63,122 nt of DNA from the IMG/VR virus record IMGVR_UViG_3300030380_004631, positions 1-63,122 of that record. One strand, given 5' to 3'. Made by a program: the position numbers and the translations under genes. Shown one piece after another: positions 38,055-47,124 of the stretch; within the stretch, counting starts at the first letter, position 1, and the number at the start of each line of letters is the position of its first letter. The notes under the pieces are model-generated. The model was not told the DNA's origin and made no database searches. It saw only the letters and a program-made list of their open reading frames with translations. The stretch comes from a virus (lineage: Duplodnaviria > Caudoviricetes).

Positions 38055-40007
38055 CTACCTTATTGGTTTAAATATATCTACTACTAAACCTCCAGTAGAT
38101 TTATAGGTTTTAAGTGTTTGCCTCATTAGTGGATTTACTTTTATAGCAAATGCATCGAAATACAAGTTTGGATCTGCTGCATCCATAAATTTGTAAGAAC
38201 CTTTATCTTTTAAAGAATTATACTCATCTACTGAAATTGCATCATCATGGTATTTAGAAGTAAATTTTTTACCTTTCATACCAGAACTCTCTGGATAATC
38301 GAAGCTATCTGTTTGTTTTATTTTATATGGCTTTTTGGGATCAGACAAAGAAACTTTAATTGGCCCTGCCTTAGTATCATAAAATCGTGCATCTCTTTTC
38401 ATAAGATCTGGTAAAACAGCTTTACCCTTTTTTCCTATTCCCTTACCACTTGCATAACCGTAAAATCTTTCGTTACCTGCTTTGTATCCTTGCCTAAAAC
38501 TTAATTTGTCAAAAGGAATAACGGCAACATAATCAGCATTCTCTTTTGCTGCTTTATTCATCAGGTATTTAAGTGCATGATCTCCGTAAGAGTCTGCCTC
38601 AACCAAAGGAAAATAATCAAAAGCTTTATCTGAATAATCATCTTTGGCTCTGTATGTTTGGTTAATCTTTCTATTAACATCTGCTAAGTCTTTCATAATT
38701 GCATTAGCTCTATTTGTTTGACCTTGCTCTATTGCTGTATCTACTTCTTTAAGTAGCTGCGATCTATTTTTTGAAAGTAAACTAATTTCTAAATCTTTTT
38801 GAAAAGGGTTAATTCTTTTTGTGCCATCAAGTTGTTCAAATTTAGTTAAGGCTTTTGCAACTTTTTGATTAGCATCTGATTGTATTTCATGAATCATTAA
38901 TACTTTTTTATTATCTGGAGTAAATCTTGTATCAAACCTAACATGATATACCATGTTTTGGTTTACACCATCAAAGTGTCCAAATGTTTTTCTAAGTGCA
39001 GAGTTTCCTGGTATATCTTCATTTAATCTAAAAACTGTTTCTCTATAATCATCACCGCCTTGTAATGTATAGCTTGATTCATTTTTATATCTTGTTGCAA
39101 TATTTTTATCTGTGTATGGTTTTATAACTTTATTGGTTTCACCTATAAGTTGATTGATTTTTATTTTTTGTTGTTGGCTTAGGTCTTGTGATTTATTAAT
39201 TTTTTTTAAATGATCTACAACTCCTTTACCTGCTTTAGAAATTGTAGAAGCATCCATTGAAGTTTTCATTGAAGCTGCTTTGTATGCTGCTTCTGTAAGT
39301 TCCTCACCAACTCCTAGTAAATTTTTTGTTTCAGCTTGTTTTGCTAAATCAGCTAAAGTTTTTCTAATAACTTCTCCTTGAACATTTAATACTTCACCTG
39401 CACCTTTAGGTAATCCTAACTCTACTGGTTGTAATCTATTAACAGGATTTAATTTTATCATTGCACCTAAAGTATTAGCATCTAACTTAAGACCAAATTT
39501 TTGTGCAGCATATAACAACCCACCTGTTAGTTCTCCCGCTTCGTCAAAGTTTGCAAGGTTAGCATCGAAAAGTTCTTCTTTATTAATTGTAACTTCTTTA
39601 CCTTTAAACGGACCACTGTCATATTTAAATTGCTTGGGTCCTCTTTCAGTTTTACTTGCTGGTCTACCAAATATTTTAAAGTTTACTTTTCTTGTAGATG
39701 TTAAATGATCTAGCCATTCATCTGCAGAAAACTTACCTCTACCTTTTTTCATGATCCAATCATAAGTAGATGATCCAAACATAGGAGCAGTATCGTCTCC
39801 CATATGTAGAGGTTGTGTTTTATTTAGTGGGGTTGTTGTTGCAGGAAGGTTTAGTTCTTCCTTAGCAAGTTGTTCGCCAGTTTTTTTACTTGCTGCCTTA
39901 TCGTAAGTAATTAACTTTTGTTGTTGTCCGGTGGCCGGTGAACTCGATACTTTTTTAGTACCAAGTATTTTTCTGCCTATCCCTTGGATTAGTGCTTTCA
40001 GGGACAT
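38055..40007 (-). CDS. Large hypothetical protein with HxR...EIQSD motif (possible injected protein)
   Basis: YHVRFDTR....KVLMIHEIQSD and ALKYLMNKAAKENADYVAV; lies between terL and portal. Confidence 0.55.
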   Translation of the reverse strand: MSLKALIQGIGRKILGTKKVSSSPATGQQQKLITYDKAASKKTGEQLAKEELNLPATTTPLNKTQPLHMGDDTAPMFGSSTYDWIMKKGRGKFSADEWLDHLTSTRKVNFKIFGRPASKTERGPKQFKYDSGPFKGKEVTINKEELFDANLANFDEAGELTGGLLYAAQKFGLKLDANTLGAMIKLNPVNRLQPVELGLPKGAGEVLNVQGEVIRKTLADLAKQAETKNLLGVGEELTEAAYKAASMKTSMDASTISKAGKGVVDHLKKINKSQDLSQQQKIKINQLIGETNKVIKPYTDKNIATRYKNESSYTLQGGDDYRETVFRLNEDIPGNSALRKTFGHFDGVNQNMVYHVRFDTRFTPDNKKVLMIHEIQSDANQKVAKALTKFEQLDGTKRINPFQKDLEISLLSKNRSQLLKEVDTAIEQGQTNRANAIMKDLADVNRKINQTYRAKDDYSDKAFDYFPLVEADSYGDHALKYLMNKAAKENADYVAVIPFDKLSFRQGYKAGNERFYGYASGKGIGKKGKAVLPDLMKRDARFYDTKAGPIKVSLSDPKKPYKIKQTDSFDYPESSGMKGKKFTSKYHDDAISVDEYNSLKDKGSYKFMDAADPNLYFDAFAIKVNPLMRQTLKTYKSTGGLVVDIFKPIR

Positions 40008-40015
40008 AGTCCCTC

Positions 40016-41173
40016 CTATGTGATTTTAGTAGGTTTACTTCTACCTAGTTTGCATCCTCTTGCTTTAACCATTGTGCCAGTTCTATAACCACCCATAGGT
40101 TTCATCATCATGCCACCACCCATTTTTTTATCTTTTTTCTCAGACATTTTTCTTCCGATAGTCTGTCCAAGTTTAGCAGCACCCGCACCAGCTGTAAGTA
40201 TAGCTGCACCAACTGCACCTACTCTTCCTGCTTTACCTAAAGCTTTAATTCCAGATTTAATACCGGATACTGCTTTAGATTTAGTTGACTCTGGGCTTCT
40301 ATTTGGATTTTGACCTGATCTACTTTTTTGTTTATTAAACTGTTCTTTCATGACAGCAGTCTTCTGTGCTTTTTTACTTTTGTGTACTGCAGGTTTGACT
40401 TTATTGATTACAGGAAGATCTAAACCACTTCCTTTTTTATAACCCATCATCTTACCTTTTTTTGCAGTCTTGATAGTTCCGTCTGCAATAGCTTGTCTTA
40501 ATAGTTTTGGTAGCATTGAACCCATACCTTTAGATCCACCACCTACAACTCTAGCTCCGCCACTTGATGCTGCTCTGCCCTTACCTTTGAACATGCTCTT
40601 AACACCTTTTACAATTTTACCTACAACGGCTTTTTCAACTTTTCCGGGTTGGACTTTCTCGTCTTGAAGACCCATGCCTCTACCCTTAGCTTTTTCTGCT
40701 TTTAAGATTTTAAAATCTTGTGCATCAATTCTACCGTTTTTATTCTTGTCAATTTTAGATTGACCACCTGTTAAATATTTTTCTGTTTTCATAGTCTTAT
40801 TTATATCACCTCCACTAGATTTTTTAAAGAACTTGCTGATAGAAATATCACCATACATTCTATCCATTTCATCTCTCCAAGATGCTCTCGATTCAAAGCC
40901 TACTCTACTTCCAGGGCCAGTTCCTCTGACTTTATGGGTTTTAAATGAACTTCCTCTTTGAGATTGTTTTTGAATTGGAACTACTTGATCTCCAGGTTTT
41001 TTAGAACCTGCTCTTATATTGTATCTTTTTACGCTTTTTGTACTTCGTCCAGCTTTTTCTATGTTTGCTCTAGATTTCTTTGCACGCCTGTTTGCCTTTA
41101 ATCTTTTTACTATTTCAGATATTTTTTTACCTGCAAATCTTCCACCAGCACCTATTACTTTTAATTTGCTCAT
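40016..41173 (-). CDS. Very basic Lys/Gly-rich protein with an EF-hand-like loop
   Basis: 385 aa, K/G/M-rich; DKNKNGRIDAQD; repeated xxGG motifs. Confidence 0.65.
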   Translation of the reverse strand: MSKLKVIGAGGRFAGKKISEIVKRLKANRRAKKSRANIEKAGRSTKSVKRYNIRAGSKKPGDQVVPIQKQSQRGSSFKTHKVRGTGPGSRVGFESRASWRDEMDRMYGDISISKFFKKSSGGDINKTMKTEKYLTGGQSKIDKNKNGRIDAQDFKILKAEKAKGRGMGLQDEKVQPGKVEKAVVGKIVKGVKSMFKGKGRAASSGGARVVGGGSKGMGSMLPKLLRQAIADGTIKTAKKGKMMGYKKGSGLDLPVINKVKPAVHKSKKAQKTAVMKEQFNKQKSRSGQNPNRSPESTKSKAVSGIKSGIKALGKAGRVGAVGAAILTAGAGAAKLGQTIGRKMSEKKDKKMGGGMMMKPMGGYRTGTMVKARGCKLGRSKPTKIT

Positions 41174-42651
41174 CCGTAGTACACATAGTCCTTTTCAAGT
41201 TTAATAGGAGGATCATCCCAATCATCAGAATAGGTCGAAACAAAACCGCCTTGTCTGTATCTTAACACAGCTTGTGTCATACTATCAACATAGTCGTCAT
41301 ACTGACCATTTGGAAATGCAGCACATTCTTCAATTACTTCTTGTGCCCAGTGTTCTTCTAATGGAGCAAACACCATTCCAGACTCGAATACAGGAGAGCA
41401 AGAGTTAATTCTTGTATGTTTATCTCTACCTCTAGCAGGAACAAAATCAATTACTGGTATACCTGCTCTACGCAGTTCGTGTATTAATGGTTGACCACTA
41501 GCTTTTGCTTCAATGATTACTGTTTCAGGCTCCCAATATCTATATTGCTCTAAGGCTACATTTTTTAAATCTGGAAAATCATACCTACCTTTTAGAGCAT
41601 CTAATAATATTATTGCTTTCTCGTACCCCTCAATAGGCTCAAATATTCCCCAAGTTGTAATTGCAGAATAGTCAGCGGTTTCTTTAGCACTGAAAGCTGT
41701 ATCATAACTTTGAATTACGTGCAGCAATTTTGGAAGATGTGGTTTATCCCAGTCTTGCCACCAGTCCCTTTTAATAATTGCACCTTCCTCTGAAGTAGGA
41801 TCTTGCATGTATTGTGCATTCCAGTTCTTAGTTGAGATAGATGCTTTGACAGATTCTAAATCCTCAAGGGTCCAATACTCAGGCCACACAGGTTTTCCGT
41901 TGTCCAGTATCGCTGGGAACTCAATCACTTTCCATTTGTCAGCTTTAGTTTCAGCTTGTGCTCTAACGAGTCTACCTGTTAGATCATCAGTTGCCCATCG
42001 TGTCATTACCACTAAAATTCTACCGCCAGGTTGTAAACGCTGTCTAGGTCCAGAGCTGTACCATTCATATGTTCGTTCCATAGCAGTATCGGACAACGAA
42101 TCTTGTTCAGTATGTGGGTCATCAATAATAAGCAAATCGGCCCCTCGTCCTGTAATCGAACCGCCAACACCCGCTGCAAAGTATTCACCACCATGATTGG
42201 TTTCCCACCTGCCTTTTGCTTTACTATCTTCTCTCAATGTAACATTACCAAATATTTGTTTATATTCTTTAGTAGCCATTAAGTTACGAACCTTAGAACC
42301 AAACCTTGATGCAAGTTCAGCATTGTGTGATACCTGCATTATTTTTTTCTTTGGATACTTACCAATGTACCAAGCAGGAAATAAGTATGATGCAAATTCA
42401 GATTTAGTATGTCTAGGTGGCATATTGATTATGAGCCTCTTAGCATCTCCATCAGCTATCTCATGAAAGGCTTCTGCAATAATCTGGTGATGCCCATAGT
42501 TCTTTGGGTTATCAGTCTTACGATAAATAAAGTCTTGCCACATATTTTCTGCAAATAACAAAAAATTATCCTGGCACAATTTAATCCATTCTAATTGTTT
42601 TTTTAAGATTACATCTTTAAGTTCGTCATCACTTAATCGTTCTAAATCCAT
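41170..42651 (-). CDS. terL: Terminase large subunit
   Basis: PPRHTKS Walker A, LLIIDDP Walker B, MTRW, SYDTA and DDYVDS nuclease motifs. Confidence 0.95.
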   Translation of the reverse strand: MDLERLSDDELKDVILKKQLEWIKLCQDNFLLFAENMWQDFIYRKTDNPKNYGHHQIIAEAFHEIADGDAKRLIINMPPRHTKSEFASYLFPAWYIGKYPKKKIMQVSHNAELASRFGSKVRNLMATKEYKQIFGNVTLREDSKAKGRWETNHGGEYFAAGVGGSITGRGADLLIIDDPHTEQDSLSDTAMERTYEWYSSGPRQRLQPGGRILVVMTRWATDDLTGRLVRAQAETKADKWKVIEFPAILDNGKPVWPEYWTLEDLESVKASISTKNWNAQYMQDPTSEEGAIIKRDWWQDWDKPHLPKLLHVIQSYDTAFSAKETADYSAITTWGIFEPIEGYEKAIILLDALKGRYDFPDLKNVALEQYRYWEPETVIIEAKASGQPLIHELRRAGIPVIDFVPARGRDKHTRINSCSPVFESGMVFAPLEEHWAQEVIEECAAFPNGQYDDYVDSMTQAVLRYRQGGFVSTYSDDWDDPPIKLEKDYVYYG

Positions 42652-42908
42652 AAATATATATACCCCCGGGGGCTAGGGGACCCAATAAAAACAAAGGGTC
42701 CTTTTTAACAATAGCTTATTAAAAAATTACTTTCAACTATTCATACCGTTTGGGACCCTACTACATTTATATATCTTGCTTAGTAAAGCCCGACCTCTCG
42801 CAAAACGGGTAGCCAAAACGCAAGTAAAACCTAGTGCTTTTAAAAGTTTTTTTGTGGCAGGAATGAGCCTTCTAGCTGGAAGGCGTAGCTACAGGTATGT
42901 GGTGGGTG

Positions 42909-42935
42909 TGCGTTGCGTGGTGTACACGCAACGCA
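42909..42935. other. Perfect 11-bp hairpin upstream of terL
   Basis: TGCGTTGCGTG-GTGTA-CACGCAACGCA. Confidence 0.75.
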
Positions 42936-42943
42936 ATCAAGTG

Positions 42944-43201
42944 TTATTCTTTACTGATTAGGTTTTTAAGTAATGGTGCAAAGTCATTCAGTAGTTCGTT
43001 TCTGAAATCATCTACAACTCCATTCCCTTGATTTTCAAGTATGAACTTCTCAACACGATTGTACAGTAGCCCATACATTATTTCGTAGTTCATCTCTCTC
43101 TTTGCGTCTGCTGAAATGTTAACATCTGCAATAGAGGTAGGTTTATCTTTACCTAATCGTTCAGCAAGTACATTAGCAATATTAATAATATCATTAGGCA
43201 T
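42944..43201 (-). CDS. Hypothetical early protein
   Basis: ORF with SD GGAGA; start set at 43201. Confidence 0.6.
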   Translation of the reverse strand: MPNDIINIANVLAERLGKDKPTSIADVNISADAKREMNYEIMYGLLYNRVEKFILENQGNGVVDDFRNELLNDFAPLLKNLISKE

Positions 43202-43517
43202 TATTATCTCCAATCGCTTTGTATTCACTATACTCTAATTCAGTTGTGAACTTGTTGAATAAATCGTTGTGTGCAATCTTAAAGTTTGCAGTTTCAAACT
43301 TCTTTCTTTTACGATTTATTTTCTGCAATCCAAAACTATTTCCATTCTCATCTTGAACAATAATTAAGTTTTGGTTTGTTCTATCAAACACATCTACAAT
43401 ATTTTGTTTCAATGTGTCTAACTCTTTAGCTAGTCTATTAGACTTCAGCTTTAGTTGAGCATAAGCAAGGACTTGTTTCTTTTCGTCTTGCTTTAGCTTT
43501 TTTATTGCTTGTGTCAT
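43194..43517 (-). CDS. Hypothetical early protein
   Basis: Coiled coil plus FETANFKIAHNDLF; own promoter and SD. Confidence 0.7.
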   Translation of the reverse strand: MTQAIKKLKQDEKKQVLAYAQLKLKSNRLAKELDTLKQNIVDVFDRTNQNLIIVQDENGNSFGLQKINRKRKKFETANFKIAHNDLFNKFTTELEYSEYKAIGDNNA

Positions 43518-43547
43518 ATTACTCCTTTTGGTTAGTTTGACACCATC

Positions 43548-43575
43548 AACTTATCAAATCTTATCATTTATGCAA
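43548..43575 (-). promoter_or_regulatory. Sigma70-like promoter
   Basis: TTGCAT-16-TAAGTT upstream of 43517. Confidence 0.5.
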
Positions 43576-43594
43576 TAGCTTATTTATCTTTTTT

Positions 43595-43786
43595 TTAATT
43601 AAGTTTTTTAGGTTTATCATCAATATTATCAGCAATAAATTCTCCTATTATTTTTAATTGGTTAAAAATTAATTTCTCCTGAGCCGTGCCAGACTGGTTA
43701 GTGCTATCCTTACAATTCTTGTTCTGACGAGAACGAGAACGAGGCGAGGCGACATTTGTCGCCTCATCAATTTTATTTTTCGTCAT
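43595..43786 (-). CDS. Hypothetical protein
   Basis: TAATG-coupled ORF; contains AACGAG-derived RSRSR. Confidence 0.45.
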   Translation of the reverse strand: MTKNKIDEATNVASPRSRSRQNKNCKDSTNQSGTAQEKLIFNQLKIIGEFIADNIDDKPKKLN

Positions 43787-44211
43787 TACCACGAACACCA
43801 ATACTCAACGACTTTCTTTTCATTGATAGCTTGTTCACAGAATTTTAAGAACTGAACATCTTGCTCTTTGTAATCCTTAACACTTTCCTCTTGGAACTGT
43901 TGCCCCCAGAAGAATCCGTCAGTTGCGTGGTAGTCAGAGAAACCTTTTTCAATTTGTTCGGCTAACTCCTTGACGACATCTTCAGTTAAGTAGCAAGGGC
44001 TTTCTTGGTCACCATTAAAACCTAAATGCGAAAGCATACCATCAACTTTTACACTAGGGTTTTGCTCTGCCCATTTCTTTGCCATAAACTGCTGAAGTCT
44101 TGCGTGTTTTCTCCACACGAAAACTTTTGCGTTTTCCTCTTTGTCATCTTCGTAATACTTTTCCCAATTAACTTTATGACCACGAAGATGTGCGTGTTGG
44201 TCTAATCCCAT
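43786..44211 (-). CDS. MGLD-family phage protein
   Basis: MGLDQ, WRKH, GFFWG and YWCSW motifs; strong SD. Confidence 0.75.
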   Translation of the reverse strand: MGLDQHAHLRGHKVNWEKYYEDDKEENAKVFVWRKHARLQQFMAKKWAEQNPSVKVDGMLSHLGFNGDQESPCYLTEDVVKELAEQIEKGFSDYHATDGFFWGQQFQEESVKDYKEQDVQFLKFCEQAINEKKVVEYWCSW

Positions 44212-44242
44212 AACTTTTCTCCTTTTGGTTAGTTAGACCTCT

Positions 44243-44271
44243 GTCTTATCGTATCCTATGCACTAGTGCAA
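44243..44271 (-). promoter_or_regulatory. Sigma70-like promoter
   Basis: TTGCAC-17-TAAGAC upstream of 44211. Confidence 0.55.
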
Positions 44272-44393
44272 GTAATATCTTTTAGAATCATTCTAAACTA
44301 GCTACACCATTCGGCATCAGAGCTGAGCTGCGATCCACGACCCTGAAGTTTATAGCTGCACGGATCCAGCTGCAAGTCAAACGAGACGAGAAT

Positions 44394-44498
44394 CTAGAAA
44401 ACATGGGACAAACCGAGAATCAGAAGACCTGTGGTTACCAGGATCCCAGTGGGCCAGAGTAGAAGTAACAAAACATACAGGCCAATGATTAACGACAC
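44394..44498 (-). CDS. 34-aa hydrophobic membrane peptide
   Basis: GTG start, MSLIIGLYVLLLLLWPTGILVTTGLLILGLSHVF; AGGAG upstream. Confidence 0.45.
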   Translation of the reverse strand: MSLIIGLYVLLLLLWPTGILVTTGLLILGLSHVF

Positions 44499-44531
44499 GA
44501 GGTTACCAGCTCCTGCAGCGTGCTCCTGATG

Positions 44532-44816
44532 CTACTCTTCATCACCGTCCTCCCTAACGACACTGTCCTTCCACGAGAATCCATTCGCAATGCACCTGGC
44601 ACCGGTTCCGCCAGTCAAAGCATACGTCTTTCCTGCTTCAGGTTTATCCTTCTGTACGGCATCCTCCGGGGACCAGCCACCCGGTGGCGTGTTCTCCTTG
44701 TTAATTTTTTTTATTAGCTGCTTGAGCGGCATCTTCTTCTTAGGCTTTTCCGTTACTATGTATTCACATCCATAGTAATCATTCATTTGTTGAATCATTT
44801 TCTTACTTAGTGGCAT
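44532..44816 (-). CDS. Hypothetical early protein
   Basis: Strong SD AAAGGAG; internal MPLSK/MPLKQ duplication. Confidence 0.65.
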   Translation of the reverse strand: MPLSKKMIQQMNDYYGCEYIVTEKPKKKMPLKQLIKKINKENTPPGGWSPEDAVQKDKPEAGKTYALTGGTGARCIANGFSWKDSVVREDGDEE

Positions 44817-44906
44817 TGGTTCTCCTTTGTTAGTTAGCAGCTCACCCCACCCTTTCGTTTGTTACATAGGCTACTTGTTGATGTGCCAGCGTGATGAGCT
44901 AACCCT

Positions 44907-44935
44907 TATATAAGATACGATGGGATACCTGTCAA
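44907..44935 (-). promoter_or_regulatory. Sigma70-like promoter
   Basis: TTGACA-17-TATATA. Confidence 0.65.
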
Positions 44936-45120
44936 CCCTTTATTTTTTTTAATCTCTCTTCAAAAGACCATTTTTTTTCTTCAGGAAGTTCCGTAATTAT
45001 TTGAGCTACCAGCGTGGTGAGCTCCCGAACCTGAGTCTGCAGTCCGTCTAGTTTCTTGTTGTATGTACGAGATCTGTTCTCGCCTCGAACGAGATCCAGT
45101 GCATCGAAATCATGTGCCAT
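44932..45120 (-). CDS. Hypothetical early protein
   Basis: 62 aa, SD AAGGAG, own promoter. Confidence 0.65.
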   Translation of the reverse strand: MAHDFDALDLVRGENRSRTYNKKLDGLQTQVRELTTLVAQIITELPEEKKWSFEERLKKIKG

Positions 45121-45141
45121 ATCTTCTCCTTAGTTGGGCTG

Positions 45142-45170
45142 ACCATACGACATCGTGGGATATCTGTCAA
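45142..45170 (-). promoter_or_regulatory. Sigma70-like promoter
   Basis: TTGACA-17-TATGGT. Confidence 0.75.
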
Positions 45171-45233
45171 CCACAAATTTCCAGCGACCCCCCTGAAGCG
45201 TAACCTTCACCAACTAAGCTGCATGGTTAACTT

Positions 45234-45475
45234 AAACGAGATTTGTCAGGAACGAGAACGAGATCCAGAACGAGCTTCCAGCATCACGCTGCACAGGCTC
45301 CCGCTGAAGGAACCAGCACCGGGCCGTTATTACTTATAAACGAGAACGAGAACGAGAAACGAGGGTACGAGCTTACGCTTCAGGATCCAGCTGCACCAGC
45401 TCCTGAAGACTGGCCTGAACCTCCGGCCATTTAACAGGGAACGAGAACGAGAAACGAGGTTTCAGTAACCGAGGT
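45234..45475 (+). repeat. Strand-biased (A)ACGAG hexamer arrays
   Basis: Tandem AACGAG runs near 45251, 45340 and 45440; further copies at 43727-43748 and 44380-44390. Confidence 0.8.
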
Positions 45476-45780
45476 TCGGTAAAACCGGACACAGGACACC
45501 TGTACAGTTTGAGTTTTCTCTCCGAGAGGGCCTCATTGCAGATAATAACTATACCACCTGCCTTGACATATTTATTGATCCAAACAACCTGCCACTTATT
45601 TAGCTTAGGATAACTGACATAATCTGATTTTAATTCCATCCAAAATACATTGCTAAAACCAACACAATGTATATCTGGAATACCATTGATTGTACTAGAT
45701 TCTATGCGGGTAAAGAATACATTTTTAATATTCTTTTTTATTCTATTCCACAATAAAGATTCTCTATTTTTAGCTGCCAT
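45373..45780 (-). CDS. PD-(D/E)xK nuclease (VRR-NUC / Holliday junction resolvase-like)
   Basis: RES, RIES...GIPD, WMELK and Q..W....KAGG motifs. Confidence 0.8.
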   Translation of the reverse strand: MAAKNRESLLWNRIKKNIKNVFFTRIESSTINGIPDIHCVGFSNVFWMELKSDYVSYPKLNKWQVVWINKYVKAGGIVIICNEALSERKLKLYRCPVSGFTEPRLLKPRFSFSFPVKWPEVQASLQELVQLDPEA

Positions 45781-45786
45781 TTAAAG

Positions 45787-46086
45787 TCAAGAATTTATCT
45801 TTTTGATACTTACAATAACACTATTTGGTATGATTGTAGTGTTACCAATATCTTCAATCTCTCCCTTATCATTTGAATTATAATCGCCAAATATTCTAGT
45901 CACGCCTTTGGCTTGACTTAATAGATGTCCATTCGTAACACAAGTTGCTAGCTTAGCTTTTTTTAATGAGTCAAAATTTTGCCAACCAGAATCACTAACG
46001 ATGTCATTCCATGTTACAGAAACCATAGGGTATCTATCTTTCCAATGTTTTGCTTTTTTATTAATATTTATTTTTCGTTTCAACAT
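45787..46086 (-). CDS. Hypothetical protein
   Basis: V.WNDIVSDSGW and TIIPNSVIVSI motifs. Confidence 0.65.
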   Translation of the reverse strand: MLKRKININKKAKHWKDRYPMVSVTWNDIVSDSGWQNFDSLKKAKLATCVTNGHLLSQAKGVTRIFGDYNSNDKGEIEDIGNTTIIPNSVIVSIKKINS

Positions 46087-46157
46087 TTACAATACCTACT
46101 GAAGTGTTAAGTGTTGAGTTATGGATCTCGTTAAAAGCCTTGAGCCAGACAGACCAA

Positions 46158-46688
46158 CTAGCTTTCTTCAATTTGTTCTGCTGTGCTTTCGACAACCTCG
46201 ATGGTCTTTGCGTTATACCCATCGATTTTGTTTGAAAGTTCCTTGAGTTTACTTTCAAGTTCTTCACGCGACATGCCCTCCAACCCGGTTACTTTAACTT
46301 CTTTTCTATCAACATACTGCCCTGCTAATTGGCCAGATCTATATTCAGCATTAATAGCAGCAGCATATTGTTTATCACTCTCTGCACTCAATGCAATTCT
46401 TTCAAGTCTTTTGTAACGCCTAAGGTTATCACCCTCGTACTTCGCACATTCTTCTTTGTAAATTTTGTCCATGTATCTAACAACATGTGGATTAAGTTTT
46501 CTATTTGTTAATCTAGATGCTATGACTGAGTAATCATTATCATTCTTACAATCAAATCCTGCTTCTTTAGCAGCATCAGCTTTTGTAATGTTACCCCAGT
46601 TCTTAACATACACCTCAATGAATTTCTTTTGCTTTAAGGTCAAGTCGTCTTCAGTTCTGAGTTCTTTCTTTTTCAATCCTCTAGTCAT
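46158..46688 (-). CDS. terS: Terminase small subunit
   Basis: LTLKQKKFIEVYV...AAKEAGF...ASRL HTH pattern and GQLAGQYVDRKEV. Confidence 0.75.
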   Translation of the reverse strand: MTRGLKKKELRTEDDLTLKQKKFIEVYVKNWGNITKADAAKEAGFDCKNDNDYSVIASRLTNRKLNPHVVRYMDKIYKEECAKYEGDNLRRYKRLERIALSAESDKQYAAAINAEYRSGQLAGQYVDRKEVKVTGLEGMSREELESKLKELSNKIDGYNAKTIEVVESTAEQIEES

Positions 46689-46690
46689 AT

Positions 46691-46937
46691 TTCTACTATA
46701 TAGATTATTCTAACCTTTTGAAAGTGCAACCTAAAACAACCCAAGGTATCTATTTATGCAATATTATTGTTTAGGTGTCCCTCAGGGACACCATAGGGAC
46801 ACCACAGGGACACCATTAAAATCGTCTAAAAGCATTGGTATAATTGAATAATAGTCATTCGGGGACACCAGGGACACCATATTAGGGTCCGATGTAAAAT
46901 AAAATAATGAAAGGGTATAATAATCTATATAGTAGAA
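46691..46937. repeat. Iteron-like cassette bounded by a 19-bp inverted repeat (putative origin or packaging site)
   Basis: Inverted repeat TTCTACTATATAGATTATT at 46691-46709 / 46919-46937; GGGACACC at 46785, 46796, 46807, 46862 and 46871, plus an inverted copy at 46774. Confidence 0.85.
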
Positions 46938-47124
46938 TTTAATAATTGACCACAAATACAGTAAATGCTACAAATAATCATTCAAAAACGCGGCCACCAT
47001 CATCCTTGCAGATATCCGGTGGCCGTTACCCATTAAAACTTGATCTCTCTGACCGAATACACTAAACTGTTAACTGAGCTTTTTTCATTATTAGCTCTCT
47101 TAGGTTAGTTACCCTGCCAGTTTA

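Noticed and set aside
458-42466. Numerous plus-strand ORFs in the ORF track (e.g. 1138-1437, 2151-2519, 10668-11129, 41807-42196)
   Set aside because: They are antisense shadows of long minus-strand genes, without RBS or protein-like motifs.
46061-46267. 68-aa ORF overlapping the terS 3' end
   Set aside because: It has a large overlap with terS and no clear RBS or motif; a shorter version may be real but is unsupported.
46774-46878. GGGACACC repeats as a mini-CRISPR array
   Set aside because: Repeats are 8 bp with mostly 1-3 bp gaps; there are no spacer-sized units and no cas genes.
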